Shown here piece after piece: positions 37,992 to 51,518 of a stretch of DNA of 64,000 nucleotides. How positions within the stretch are numbered: the first letter of the stretch is position 1; the number at the start of each line of letters is the position of its first letter. A program made the translations under genes and the position numbers. This DNA is from Takakia lepidozioides (Eukaryota > Plantae > Bryophyta): positions 18,538,001 to 18,602,000 of the forward strand of contig CM060733.1 in assembly GCA_030704615.1 (NCBI GenBank). The letters run 5' to 3'. The notes below the pieces were generated by a model. It worked only from the letters and a program-made list of their open reading frames with translations, searched no databases and was not told the DNA's origin.

Positions 37992-38120
37992 TATCTCCCG
38001 TATTCAAGTGAAACGGCGCTGATTCTTTTATTGTATACTACTTTACAAGTTCTAATAGTCCAAGTTTCCCTTTTTTATTTTCTTAATTCTATCTAAAAAC
38101 GGAAACCTCGCCGTGAAGAA

Positions 38121-38245
38121 GGACACTGCCCAAGGGAAGGGGGAGGAGAACATGAACACACTTACCACACCAAACAACGTAGCAGGATTTGACCCAGAAT
38201 CATCTAGATGGCACTCAGTGGACTATCCAACTGAGCTACTGACTG
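38121..38245 (-). mobile_element. Intact copy of the tRNA-derived SINE-like repeat
   Basis: Minus strand GTAGCTCAGTTGGATAG...TGATTCTGGGTCAAATCCTGCTAC...GTGTGGTA...CCTTCCCTTGGG..GTGTCC; A and B boxes present. Confidence 0.7.
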
Positions 38246-38646
38246 GTGTAAGTCTGCTCTGCACTGACACATGAGTCAGTTGCTGGTCAACAGTGTATTC
38301 GACCAATGATTTTAATTTTTCCGAATTATATTTTCGAGGGGGAAGGAATCAGGATGTGTTTGATGGCAAATCGCGGAGGGACAGTCAGACAAACGCGCAG
38401 ACGTCCCGTTTAATCCCTCTCACAAGTTGTGCTCATTTCGAGGCCGTTTCCATGCTCAGATTGGGCTCAAGGGTTGGGAGAGTGAGAGAGAGGGGGGAGA
38501 GGGGGAGAGGGGAAGAGAGAGTGTGCCAAGCAGGCATGGTAGCTAGGTCATCAGAACGGACAGACGTTGGGGAGGTTTGAAGGAAACAAGAAGCAGGGAG
38601 CGGGCAGAAAGCAGGAGCAAGAACGATAGCGCTGGTGACAGGAAGC

Positions 38647-41600
38647 ATGGGGGACGACAAAGCTGCTCCATCATCGTCGGTGCGGGGGACTGGAGACCGG
38701 GAGCACTTAATGGAGGTGCATACTGAGGATGTGGAAGATCCTCCTAAAGCTGGCCCTGCCACACCTTCAGCATATCACTCTGGTCGTGAGGTCAGGTACC
38801 CCCTTGCTGTCGGTCCAAACACCTAGAAGTGTATTGTATTGTGTAATTTTGGTCTTTAGTGCACTTACCGCATTGGCTTCAGTCCTTTTTCAAATTGGAG
38901 CACAGTTGGATCGTCTCTTGGTTGCCAGCTTCTGCCAAGCAGATCCAGCAATCTTTTTACAGTGTCCATACGGAAGAGGGCCGATCATGCACAAATATTG
39001 TTCAGTCTTAGTGTCTCAATACTAGGTTTATCCCTGAGGTGGAAAGTCTCGTATGCAACTCCTTTCATTATCAGTCTTGATGGATTCCTATGGTTCCCTA
39101 TCACTTTACAAAAAGTCATTGATAATTTTGTTCAAACAGAAAAGTAATGCTCATGGAATCCTAGTGCTATGCTTAATCTCTTGACTCGTTTGCATACCTT
39201 TCTTGCCACTTCCATGCAAATTCCTTCAGGTTACTTATAGATTGGGCATGTTTTGAGCAACTGATAAAGTCACGCTTTGAGTTCAGCAACACTTAACTAA
39301 GAAAGTGAGAGTGAAAAGAGAAAAAAAATCTTGAACTCCATGGCAGAGCACCAGTGGTGGCACAAAGTAGAGAGAGAGATGGCTGTCAAGAGGTAAGTTG
39401 TAGCATAGCCGCATGTATTTGTTTCTGGGATTCTAGTTGAAGTATGGAGTGTGAACCTGGACTCTTTGGTGCTTTTCTTGTACTGGGCTTGCTTCTGATT
39501 TCGTTTTATATTTTTGTCAATTCTGGTCCCAGACCTCAGTTTACCTCTTTTTTGCTTCCCCCTACACCCTTTTTCCTCCCTCTTTTACCTATATCTATAC
39601 ACCAATGATGTTATGAGATAATTTCCTTTTTCAGGTGTGACAGGATGACTAGAAAGAGCAATTTCTTGTCTTGATGATTCTGATTACTGCAATGCCTCAA
39701 GGTGCTGACGGGGGGCTATGTGATGTGTGCAGGCTTTTTATGGGTTTCTGCAGAGTTGGGCATCAAAAAAGTTTATGAGTGGCTGGTGATGTCTCTCCCC
39801 TTTTATCGTCTTTGTGGGTTCTTTCTTCATTCTTTCCCAATGCAATATATGTTTAATGTGTGATGTGGCTATGGTATTGGTTGTAGTTGAACCAGGAACC
39901 CATACACAAGCCATGGTGCATAGCTATGGTCCATGTCTGTGCTTAGTTGGTCCATAGCCTTCAAACCATATGCTGTGAGCAGTGTGAAGAAGGCTGAAAG
40001 TCCATAGTGCTCACTGCACTGAGGGTGGCATGACCTTCCCCCCTCCCTTCAGGGTAAGGTGATGCAGCAACTGCTGTGCCAGCTCCATCCTCTCCAGTGT
40101 CCATTTCTACCCTTCTTGTGTTCTCTCACCTTCCGTGTCCTTCTCCAATCTTCTGGTTTCTTGTCTAATTTTTTTCAGTCTTCTAACACCTTTCCTGTCT
40201 TTTTTCCATCTCCTGGGTTCATCTGTCATTGTCCTATTCCTCAATGGTGTCCTTACTAATCCACGCGGTTCTTCTGTGATCTTTAATGTCCCGCTGCACT
40301 AAATATCGTGGGAAAGCAAACCCATCCTATCTATTTCAGCCCACCACAGGAGCAAGGCCGTGAGGTGCAAGTGCAGCTCCCATTCAGGGCCCTAAGCGCC
40401 ATATCTGTTACACACAGGGCTGCACTCTACTCTTTTCTTAGCCCAGCGCCATGTGGGCATGAGCTCAGTCACAGTGATATACTAGAGAGATGATTAAGGT
40501 GCACACAGTCTGGAGTTTTGTTGATTATGTCAGGGTGTGAGAGGTGCCTTTAGGAAGTCAAGTAACAACAGCTTATTAGATTCATGTTTCACTTCTTTAA
40601 TGTGGGGTACTCTGGTGTGTGCATGCAGTGTGATCCTGTTGCCAATCGCTGTTACATTTTATGTCACATGGTGGTTCATCCAATTTTTTGATGGCTTTTC
40701 TCACCTATATATGACTCTCTTGGAATCCATGTCTTCGGTACGTCACATGGTTTTCTTGTGAATGCTCCATACAAAATCTGTAGGATCTCGGATGTTAGGT
40801 TATCACTGTCTGTGGTTGTTTGATGCACTTCCTGAATCAAGGATCTTGAGTCAGGTTTGGTACTTGCCATGAGGACCCAGTTTACTTCCATTTTGTGATT
40901 ACCTGTATTGGAGTTGTGAGGTCTTAATCAGCATGCCTTATCTCTCTTGAACAGATGTTCTCCTAGCCAAAAGTTTATACCCAGTGCTTCTGTCGTTTTG
41001 TCTCGATTCTAAGTTGCTCATCAAGCACGGGTGTTCGTGGTGTGGGTGCTGTTGCAGGGTGGGGTTTGTGACTTCATTTGTGTTTATCTTCTTGGTGGAG
41101 TGTTTGTGTCGTCATGGATCGGAGCCTCAGTGCTACTTGTTGGGGAGTGGTTTATCAAGCGGATGCCTCTTGTGAAACACATCTACTCTGCCTCTAAGCA
41201 GATCAGTGCTGCCATTTCCCCAGGTGATATCCTCAACAATCTTTGTTTTTATTACTGGCCTCCTTCTCCTTCTTCTGTTTGGCCTTTTACCACCTTCCTG
41301 CTCGGACAATTGCTATGTGCAACTCTTCTCCCTTATTTCTACCTACCCTTCTCTTTCAGTTCACTGCCAGTCCCCACAATTGGCACATCTGTCAGCATGG
41401 CAGAATCATTTGCCATGATGCCTGGACTTTGCCACTCAAATGTCATACTTGCGCATAGTGAAAGGCCAATCTGCAGTGCGGAGGTAGCTATAGCACATGT
41501 TGGGGGGGGCTGCTGGTGTGTGTATTGCCGAAAGGCAAACAGGCATCTGTAAAGTGGGAATATGTTATCCCAAACTACATTCTCTTAAGCAAGTGCTTGG

Positions 41601-43052
41601 AATACCTGCAAGTCTGACTGTTCTGTGTCATGTAATGTTGGCAGATCAAAACACTCAAGCATTCAAGGAGGTAGCCATTATCAGACACCCAAGAGTTGGA
41701 GAATATGCCTTCGGATTTATTACATCGAGCCTCATTCTTCAGGTGACATTCTGGTGAAGTTCAGATATGTTGAATGAGTAGTCCCTTGTCCGTCAATAAC
41801 CAACATTGTGAAGGAAAAGAATGCTCAATGTCTACAGCACTTCATTTACATTGCTAGTGTGAAAAGAAGGTGAGCAGCCAACTGCTCTGGATCTGACTTC
41901 TGTGCCACGAAGGATGGGTCTTTAAGTTGTGTACAGGGTCATGTATGCTAGTTGATATTTGCAATAAGGTGGGTTGGTGCATCCATGCTGTGTAAGTGCT
42001 GCTGTGCTCAAGCAACCAGTTCACAGTCTGTTGAAATGATATGAAATGAAACAATAGCAAACAGAAGACTAAAGCATCAGAAGAAAATTCGGAGGTGGAA
42101 AAAACACCTACTTCAAGGAGAATCTGGGACGAAAACTTTGAAGTGCAATGTCATCCTGTGAAGTCATATTCATGATTTATGGACTGAGACTTCTCTAATT
42201 CACACAGAATGATCTAGGGGAGGAGGAGCTGTGCAGCATATACGTTCCCACCAATCACCTCTACATTGGTGACATCTTTCTCATCAACACTCGGGATGTC
42301 ATTCGTCCAAATTTATCAGTTCGGGAAGGCATTGGTATGCACATTCTCTGTCCCTTGTCCCATAGGATTTTGGTTCTAGTGGCTGAAAACTCTGGAGAAG
42401 GTGAGTGTTGGGAATGGCTGTGTACTAAGGTTTATGCATGCCAACTTTTTGAAGGGATTCTGATGTGAATAATTGATTTCTCTGTCTCTGTCAACTTTCT
42501 CTCTCATTTGAAGGGCCACGGTTAAACTATATGTAAGGTAAGCCCCACTATGGGATTCCATCCTGCTTCCCTCTATCCTTCTCCAAATTGGGGACCATGT
42601 CTTTAGCCACAAGGTGCACAGTCCAATAAATACATCACTCCCTTTTCTCTTTCTCGCAGACCCCACATGATGATGGGATGAGGGCAAACATGTTGGATTG
42701 ATTTGATCCAGACAGATTGTACTCAGAAGACGTTGTTTGCCGTAGCCTTGTGGCCATTGATCTAGACAGAGATACTTCCTGAGGTCATCTTGAGATAGCA
42801 TTGTGAGAAGTCTAATCATGTTTTAAGCCCGTGTGTGTGAAGAAGGTTTGCCGTGATGACGCTTCCCTCAATGCTTGTTACACTCTCTTATTAAGGGAAG
42901 GAAATTTTTGTAGTCATCATTCAATTAAAAGGGGATCTGGTGGGGTGGATGCAGAGATAGTGGTGTCAGGAGGAATGTCCATGCCACAGGTGATCTCTCC
43001 AAGAGTTACAGTGGCTCCTGTTGAGAGAAATCGAGCCCTTCCTCCCAGATAG
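38647..43052 (+). CDS. LCV: COV1/LIKE-COV (DUF502) membrane protein, about 7 exons
   Basis: Exons: MGDDK...HSGRE; AFYGFLQSWASKKFMSG; VILLPIAVTFYVTWWFIQFFDG; GFVTS...GEWFIKRMPLVKHIYSASKQIS; DQNTQAFKEVAIIRHPRVGEYAFGFITS; YVPTNHLYIGDIFL; EIVVSGGMSMPQ; two 1-nt homopolymer frameshifts. Confidence 0.93.
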
Positions 43053-46029
43053 GATAGCCCTTATTCACCAGGCAACTAGGTGGGTCTAGATGGCATGGTT
43101 ATCAAGCACAGCTATCATTGATGGTTAAGAGTCTACCTTTATGAAGTGCTGAAAGCTATTTCCACCACTTTGAGTGTTACAAGCAGAGTACCCAAAGATG
43201 GGGTCAACATAGTTCTTATTAGCCTTACATAGAAGACTTTTAAAGAGTCCGGAATGGAATTAGGGGGGCCTGAACACGGTTTTGGTAAGACAAGGGGGGG
43301 TCTTTTTGTGTGGTGTAAGCATCACAAGGGTGTAGATTCCCCTCATAGATTGCCCCTCACATAGATAAGTGACATCCTTAGAAGTCTCTATTGTTTGTGC
43401 CTATAGAATTTCTAATCTGTCTTTTGGGAGTTTTTTCCCTTATAGGAATGGCATAAAGGAAAAGTAGTGAGGTGTCCTTCGACTAAAACCCAGCGATGGA
43501 CTGGACCCCACTGTACCTGCAGTCTGAGAATCACTGCATGGGTGTGTCCAGACAGTCTGTCTTTTTCTCATAGGCACGAATTCAGGAGACTGATGGTGAC
43601 TTTATTGTGCATGGATCACCTACCTGAGGTGAAGTCATTGTGGAAGCTTCTGCAATTACATTGGGATTTGTCATCACGGACGGAGCTTGCCTTGTGTGCA
43701 GAGCCAACAAATTCTGTGGAGTGTGCTCTATAAATGTCTAAACGGTAAAGCTTTCCTTATTGAAACCAGGTTTTAGAGAAAATTTGTCTGAGGAGGGCAT
43801 TCTCCTACGGAGGCAAAGAGATAGGTTTAAAGTTTCTTTGTTCCCCTTAACTATTCCTGTGAACAAGAGCTAATTCCTTCCTTTGCTGTTTCCAAGTTGT
43901 TTTCCAAGTACGACAGGAAGGGTCAATATCCATGGGACTCGCTACTATACACCCTCTTCTCAACAGGGAGAGGGCCTTTTGGGCAATCACTGGCGAGAGC
44001 TGCACTTTGGGCCCCTTATGATTTGCACCGTTTGTGGATCCTTCAGGCAAAGGGACCTGGTGTGTCCAACTTTGAGTATGGGGTGGTAACCTCTTCCAAA
44101 TCTTAGTCTGAATTGTGTTGTTGTTTGGTCAAAAGCGTCTATACATATGCTTGGAGGCCATCAACCCAGCTCTGAAGTCTGAAGGTTCTGTGGGGCCTTA
44201 CTTGAAAGCATGCAACACCCAACACAACAAACTTTGACAACATAAAAGAGTGGTAGACTCCAATCCAACCTTGAAGTCAATTGAATTTGACCGCAGACCG
44301 ATGATTCATCCTTCTACCACCTCTGCTTGAACATACCATGGATGTGAAATTGCAAATGAGTTCATGGACGAACTGCAGCACCATTACTTTCCTCCATTAC
44401 TTTCTTGGTATGACTTATCCTCCTTAGGGCCAACTTCCATGTATTGGCAGCCTGCCAAGTTGGCACTAGATGACAAAAATGATGACTTGCTTCCATGCCG
44501 CGAGCAATACCTGGGAATTTGGAATTTGGTGCCAGAGTTCATGGCCTAAATCGGCAATCACTTTTCACCTGTTGTACTGGGTTACCATGTCTCCTCTACC
44601 TGCTGTGAAGGTCACCTTTGTGCACATTGCTCATTATTGCTCATTTTTGCTCATTTTTGCTCATTTCTCTTTACTCTGGGGACCACCCTTTGCCTCAATT
44701 GGTCCGGACCTTGGACAGCGATGCAGACCTATTGCGGGATTATTTTTGAACTCTATGCACATAAAAACAACCATCCATGCCACCAGTCGGCCATGCTCCA
44801 CTGACTTGGCCCGATTTGGCCGAGACATGGAAGTTGACCCTTAGCCCCTTCAATGTATGATTTCTATATAGTACATTCAGTGTATACAGCTACACAGTTC
44901 TAACAAGGTCTCTCAGCCTAACATCTCAACTGCCAGGTATGTGGACCTCCGATCAACTTACTTTCTGGTCAGTGCTCCTACCCTCTAGCAATCAAATAGC
45001 TGGAATTGAAATGTGACTCAGGCTTCACTCTCAGATCTTCCATTGGAGCTGAGAGGTTCAGCCGGCCCCGCCTCTCCGGAAAGATCCAACTTGTTGTTTC
45101 TCCTACTTTGTGGTGCTCTTCTTCCCAAATTTTTTTGTTGCTCCATTGTTGTTCGTACACTGGGCGGTACTGTCACCCCAGCATATGAGATTTGTGTCTG
45201 GTGTAACTTCTTCTCAGCACATTTGATACAGTCAAATTTTGTGACACCAAGTGGGAGTTTCACCGATTGGAGTGACACTCCCTTCAGTGTCACCCCATTG
45301 TGTGTCACTCTCGAGAGGGGGTGGGGGATTTGACATGCCGAAACCAAGTACTATGCTGTCAGAGATTTTAATCAGAGATTCTGGAGGACCTTGAATTTCG
45401 TAATTTTTCCACTTTCCCTGATACGCTGTTCAGCCCATGTGCTCAACCTTCATTGGTATAAAGTTATCATCTGGGTCAGCTCCTCCTCTGATGCGTGGTG
45501 GGATAGTCATTGTATGGGTTTCTATGTTTCTCCCAGCATAAACTGGTGCCCAGTTGTTGGCAGATTCCTGGGTATCCTCTATGAGCTCCTGGGCTGGATC
45601 TTGTTGGTATTCTATGACACCTAGCCAAATTTGGAGCTCGGCCTCGTAGTTTTACTAGTTGATTTTAGTGAAAATTATTTTATGAAAGTAAATGTTTGTG
45701 ATAAATTCCTTTGTTTTTGAAAAAAAAGGGAAACACTCCAGCGACCATCATCTATGGATTGTTTGTAGTCCGGGCACATTTGAGGGTGTATTTGACATAA
45801 ATAATCTCAATTTTGAGTGCCTGTTGTTGGCAAGACGTGAAAAGTCATCTCTCTCTAGGCTACTTTTAGTATATCCAACCTTTGCTTTGATCCATACACT
45901 TGGGTATATTATATGCTTCATTCTCAATCTACAAACAACGATATCATTCATATTGCCCATCCTTGAACAGTAAACCCTAGCGGAACACACTAACACAATG
46001 CACCTCCGACAACCCCATACATACTAGAC

Positions 46030-46270
46030 AACTCTTCATTGTCATCAACAGAAGCTGAGTACATGTCCATTACAGAAGCAGCAAAAGATGCTATTTGGTT
46101 ACGGAAGTTGCTTGGAGATTTGGGTCATCTCCAGTCACTACCTACAACTCTCTTTTGTGACAATCAAAGTGCGATTGCACTAAGTTAGAATCCGAAGTAT
46201 CATTCAAGGACGAAGCACATTGAAGTGCAACATCACTACATACAGGAAGTTGTATGCAAAGGAGAGATTG
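46030..46270 (+). mobile_element. Ty1/copia RNase H fragment
   Basis: LSSTEAEYMS..EAAKDAIWLRKLLGDLG...LFCDNQSAIALS*NPKYHSRTKHIEV. Confidence 0.9.
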
Positions 46271-48737
46271 GAGCAGGAAACTCTAGTACAACTAAGGGGA
46301 GAAGAATGCACGTGCCTGTCAGCCAGTGTGCAGGCGCCACATCACATGCCCATCATCCTTACACTAAGCCCTAAACCCACCATGTTGGATGACCACTAAG
46401 CCATCATTTCAATAATTATAATTACTTATATAACTATGTCATATATATAAACTATATACATATCCTAACCCTATACATATGCTGTCCTGATATGGGGTCA
46501 CAAATAGGAAGATGTAACCACCCCCAAAAGTGTGGGGTACTACCCTTGACCAGGTAGCAAACTCCTAGGTTAACAGGGTGTATATATGAAATCCGGTCGT
46601 TCGTTCGTGTGTTGTGTTTTTGTCTATCTTTGAGTGAGCCTACAACTTGTAATTAGCAAACCAGGTTATATGATTATTAGGAAATATGCAACATGAAATC
46701 ATTCACTTCAATAAATCCTTCGAGGGGCACCAGTTCAGTGGGTCGGAATGTTGTAGACTTGTAGTCCTTATGGCCTGGTTTGTTAGATTTCTCCCCTCCT
46801 TTAAGGACGCAAATTGTGAGCCAGTTTGGCTCCTAGAGTTTCCCTGTTTTGACCAAATCCAACTAGTCCCATGATCTTGTTAGTGTGTAAGAGCAATAGA
46901 GGGACAAACACAAAGATAATGTACACGGAATGTCTCAATGAAAGGACAGAGAAACCGTTGTAAGCAAATAAATGAGTCAACATATGCAATAGACTCAGCA
47001 AGAAGAGAGAACAATGCACATGAAGAAATTCAACATACTTGGCTCTTTATTTAGGATGCCAATTGGTGGAGCGGAACAAACTGTTTTGATCATGCACTCA
47101 TCCCTTTGTGGGTAAACCAGTCCTAAGGTTTACCCATTGGGGGAATGCGAGATGAGAATGGACGCACATGTGTTTTTAAAAAAAGTGGCTTCCATGATCA
47201 TTTTTTCATTCATTTTTTCTTTGTAGAACCATAGAGGTGTTGAGAGGCTTGAAGGGACGCGCATGTGTTTTTTAAACTTCTGTGATTAGGGGGTTTGCAT
47301 TATAGCTGAGGAAACTGGCAGATGATTATTTGATTGACTGGTTGGTAAAACAAGTGCTCATGAGGTAATACAAGTTGTGTGATCATCATCTATGAAAGAG
47401 GATGATGCAACACTAGGATTCGACCTTGAAGTATGTGTAGGATTATTTTTCTTACATCTCTATTTTATTTTATTTATTTTGTTTCCAATAACCGCTCTTT
47501 CATACAAAAATAAAATAAAATAAATACAGTTACAGTTATGTATAGTGAAATTGGCATGGTTCAAGTGTGTAGAAAAATATATCACACACATTTCTGAATA
47601 CAAATTCATTCATACATATATTGCTCCCACCATAGTCCTGTTGAGGCCTCCTACTGCGTTTGACCTGTCTGAGAGCAGGGTCACCTCCGACACCTCCAAC
47701 AAAATTGTATTAAACCTCTGCCTTGTTGGGTAGCTAACTAGGATACCATAGTTTACACAGAAACACCCACCCATATCCAGGTTTGTCGCGTGGTCATGAA
47801 CCGCCAGCATATTCAAAAGTATGCCAAAACTGTCATACAGCACACACAGTCATAGAAACAATCTGATTCAGGGCATAGGGCATTGATGTCATGTTACAAA
47901 GCATGAGTCACACTGCTACTTAAAGGGACAATCCTTCTCTCGGGGTTTCAAACCACCAGGCAGCCCATAATTTCATCCTGCTTGCAGACAGCCAATGACA
48001 ATCCAGGGTGTAAAGAATCAACTGTTGGTTAATGTGCTGATCTTGTCCTCATACTACCACTGTCAGTGAGGGAAAAAGGGCATGCGAAAATATGAAAAAG
48101 GAAGATACTATGACCTAAACCTGGAAGCATAGCAATGCCCGTATCATCCACTAATTCTTGTAGGCACTAACACATGAGAACTTGCAGTGATCACCTGAGG
48201 GGGTGTTTCATGATACTTACCCCTAGCTGCTTCCAGCTTCTCCGCACGGGTTTCTTGCAACTATCAATCCACCATGCCCCGTTGGTACTCATGTGCTTCA
48301 AATGTGTTCCTTTAGGATGCATCTGCATCCACATTGCATCCCTACCACCTTTAGCTATCTTTGCCTTGACCACAAAATGCATAGACCCTCCCCATTGTCA
48401 CTACAATATTCACACCTGTTCCTATGTTGACTTGCTAACAAGGCTGTGTGTCGGGACATAGAGACATTTCCTTGCAAGCTTTAGCTATGGCATATCCTCG
48501 CAGGAAAAATATTCACTTGAATTAAACATCCCAAGGTTGTGGCTTCCAAGGTTTTCCATGGCTTCACTACTGCTGTTCTCCTCATGCCATGGACACAGAG
48601 TGCACTACTGACTTTTCCTTTGATTCCAAAATCATTTTCAACTTCACTCTTTGCTTCCAAAAGAAAAGGACAAATGATCACCTATCTGCCCGCTCCCGTT
48701 TCAAGGGACACACTTTATTTTCTGCATGTTGCTCCTT

Positions 48738-51300
48738 TCACCAGTACTCCCCACAAGAACAAACCCCATCTTGGAAGTGGTGAAAGCGGTTGGCATCTCG
48801 CACAACAATTGTTCGCCCAACAATCTTTGAGATGAACTTGGTAGCCATGTGGCAATCACCGCACACACGCAGGTTCTTGATGATACGGATAGGTGTCCCA
48901 ACAGGTGTGCTGATGAGCCCAAAAGCAATGGCTAGCTTCTCGCTGTGGTGAGAAAGAGATAACTCCTTGTGCCTTTCCTCCATATCATGCAATACAAACC
49001 GAGTGTCAGGCACATATCCAGCCTCCTTCATCTGTCCAGACAAAATGTCCAGCTCAGCATGTATTTCCTCAATATGTGGATGCAATTGGTCGTCTACAGC
49101 AAATGTATGTACCCGGCTGTTGACCTCGATGCAGCAGCAACCTGGCCTCTTTCTGACACCTTGGTCCTGCATCATTTTTCTCACTTTTGCAGTATCATCC
49201 CACCTACCAGCAGCAGCATAGATATTTGAAAGCAGCACATAAGTTGCTGTGTGCTGTGGATCCCACTTGAGAAGGCATTTTGCGGCACGTTCTGCCACCT
49301 CCACGTTCCCATGAATTCTGCAGGCACCTAGCAAGGCTCCCCACACTGCTGCAGCTGGTTCAATTGGCATTTTGTTAATGAAGTCCTCTGCCTCATCCAA
49401 TAGCCCTGCACGGCCAAGAAGGTCCACTATGCAGCCAAAATGCTCCACTGCAGGACTGAGGCCATGATCTTCACTCATTGACTGAAAGTAGTGATGGCCT
49501 TCATCCACTAGGCCTACATGGCTACATGCAGAAAGAACGCACATGAAGGTGATACTGTTTGGCTTTAAGTGTTCCAGTTGCATTTCCTCAAATAATTGCA
49601 GGGCCTCCCTACCACACCCATGCTGAGCATATCCTGCAATCATTGCACTCCAGGAGACCACATCTCGTTGTGCCATATTGTTGAAAACTTGACGTGCATC
49701 ACTTGCACTCCCACATTTGGCATACATGTCAACAAGAGCATTCTCTAGAATGATATCTGGCTGAATTCTGGCTTTCATGATGTCAGAATGGACCTCTTTG
49801 CCCTTTTCCAGGGCTGCCAGGCTGGCACACCCATTGAGAGCGCAAACATATGTAACATGGTCAGGTGTCATGCCCTGCTGTATCATTTGCTCATAGGTCT
49901 CCAAAGCTTGCCAACCACACCCATACCGAGCATATCCTGCAATGATTGCGTTCCATGAGACGACATCTTGCTTTGCCATGTGGTCAAACACTCGATGTGC
50001 TTCCTTCATGCTCCCGCATTTAGCATACATGTCAACCAGAGTATTCTCCAGGATGATATCTGGTTCAATTCCAACTTTGATGATGTCAGCATGGACCTCT
50101 ATGCCCATTTCCAGGGCAGCCAGGCTGGCACACACACTGAGAACACAAGTGAACACAATGTTGTCTGGAGTCAACCCGTCCTGTATCATTTGCTGATAGA
50201 TCTCAAGAGCCTCCCTGACACACCCATGTTGAGCATATCCTGCGATCATGGCACTGTATGAGACCACATTTCGTTGGGCCATATTTGTGAACACTTGACG
50301 TGCATCCTTTATGCTCCCGCATTTGGCATACATGGCAATAAGGGCAGTGTCCAGAACAATATCTGGCACAATTCTAGCTTTGATGATGTCAGCATGCACC
50401 TTCTTGCCCTTGTTGAGGGTTGCCAGGCTGACACATGCCTTGAGAATACAAACAAACGTGACCCTGTCAGGCGTTACCCCTTCAAGTATCATTTGCTGAT
50501 AAATATCAAAAGCCTCCTTGCCACACCCATGCTGAGCATATCCTGCAATCATCGCACTCCATGAGATTACATCTCGCTTCCGCATATTGTCGAACACTTG
50601 ACGTGCATCCTTCATGCTCCCGCATTTGGCATACATGTTAACAAGGGTATTGTCCAGAATGATATCTGGCAGAACTCCACCTTTGATGATGCCTGCTTGG
50701 ACCTTTTTGCCCTTGTCCAGATCTCCTAGTCTGGCACACGCCTTCAAAACGGAAGTGAATGTGATGTTGTCAGGCTTAACCCCTTCCCGTATCATTTGCT
50801 CATAGATCTCCAAGGTCTCCTTATCAAACCCATGCTTGGTATATCCTGCCATCATTATATTCCACGTAGACATGTCTCGTTCAGGCATTTTGTCAAACAC
50901 ACTGCGTGCATCCACAGTGCTCCCACACTTGGCATACATGTTCATGAGGGTGTTGTGCAGAAAAATATTTGGCTTGAAACCACTTCGGATAATGTGGGCT
51001 TGCACCTGCTTCCCCTCCACCAGACCTTTCATCTTGATGCACATCTTCAAGAGACAAACATAAGTATTAGTGTCAGCTGCAATGCCTCTTTTGTTCAAAA
51101 TCTGCAGTGCCTCTTCCAGATGTCCTGCCTTAATTAGTTCCCTCATGTCCCTACCTGTGCCAGAAGAGTTCTTGTTGACTCCCTCTCTTTGTTCTCTTGC
51201 AAAAGTAGTGGTCATGGTGGAGGGGTCAGATGCAAACGGCAGTGCTGCTGCTTCTTCCAGTGGACCATCTGCCCATGCCGGTTTCTTGCAGCTTTTAATC
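48738..51300 (-). CDS. PLS-class PPR protein with E and DYW deaminase domains (organellar C-to-U editing factor); start codon uncertain
   Basis: Intronless P-L-S repeats (NTLVNMYAKCGS, DVVSWSAMIAGYAQHG), PG box, HSEKLA, CGDCH, terminal CSCGEYW*. Confidence 0.95.
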
Positions 51301-51339
51301 CCCAGGACCTCCTTGGTAGTCCTGTGTTCGGAATCTGGT

Positions 51340-51518
51340 CCTCTAGGATGGATCTGCACCACACTCCATCCCTGGCAGCAAGACCTTTGAGTGTGTGGAG
51401 ACTGCCACACCGCCACCAAGTTCATCTCGAATGTTGTTGGGTGAGCAGTTGTTGTACGGGTGCCCACCACTTTCACCACTTCCAGGATGGGGTTTGTTCT
51501 TGTGGAGATTACTGGTGA
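51340..51518 (+). pseudogene. Isolated DYW C-terminal fragment, antisense to the PPR gene's 5' end
   Basis: [41 protein letters not shown]. Confidence 0.88.

Noticed and set aside
47600-48480. Possible additional PPR relic downstream of the PPR-DYW gene
   Set aside because: Only faint motif echoes; no convincing repeat frame
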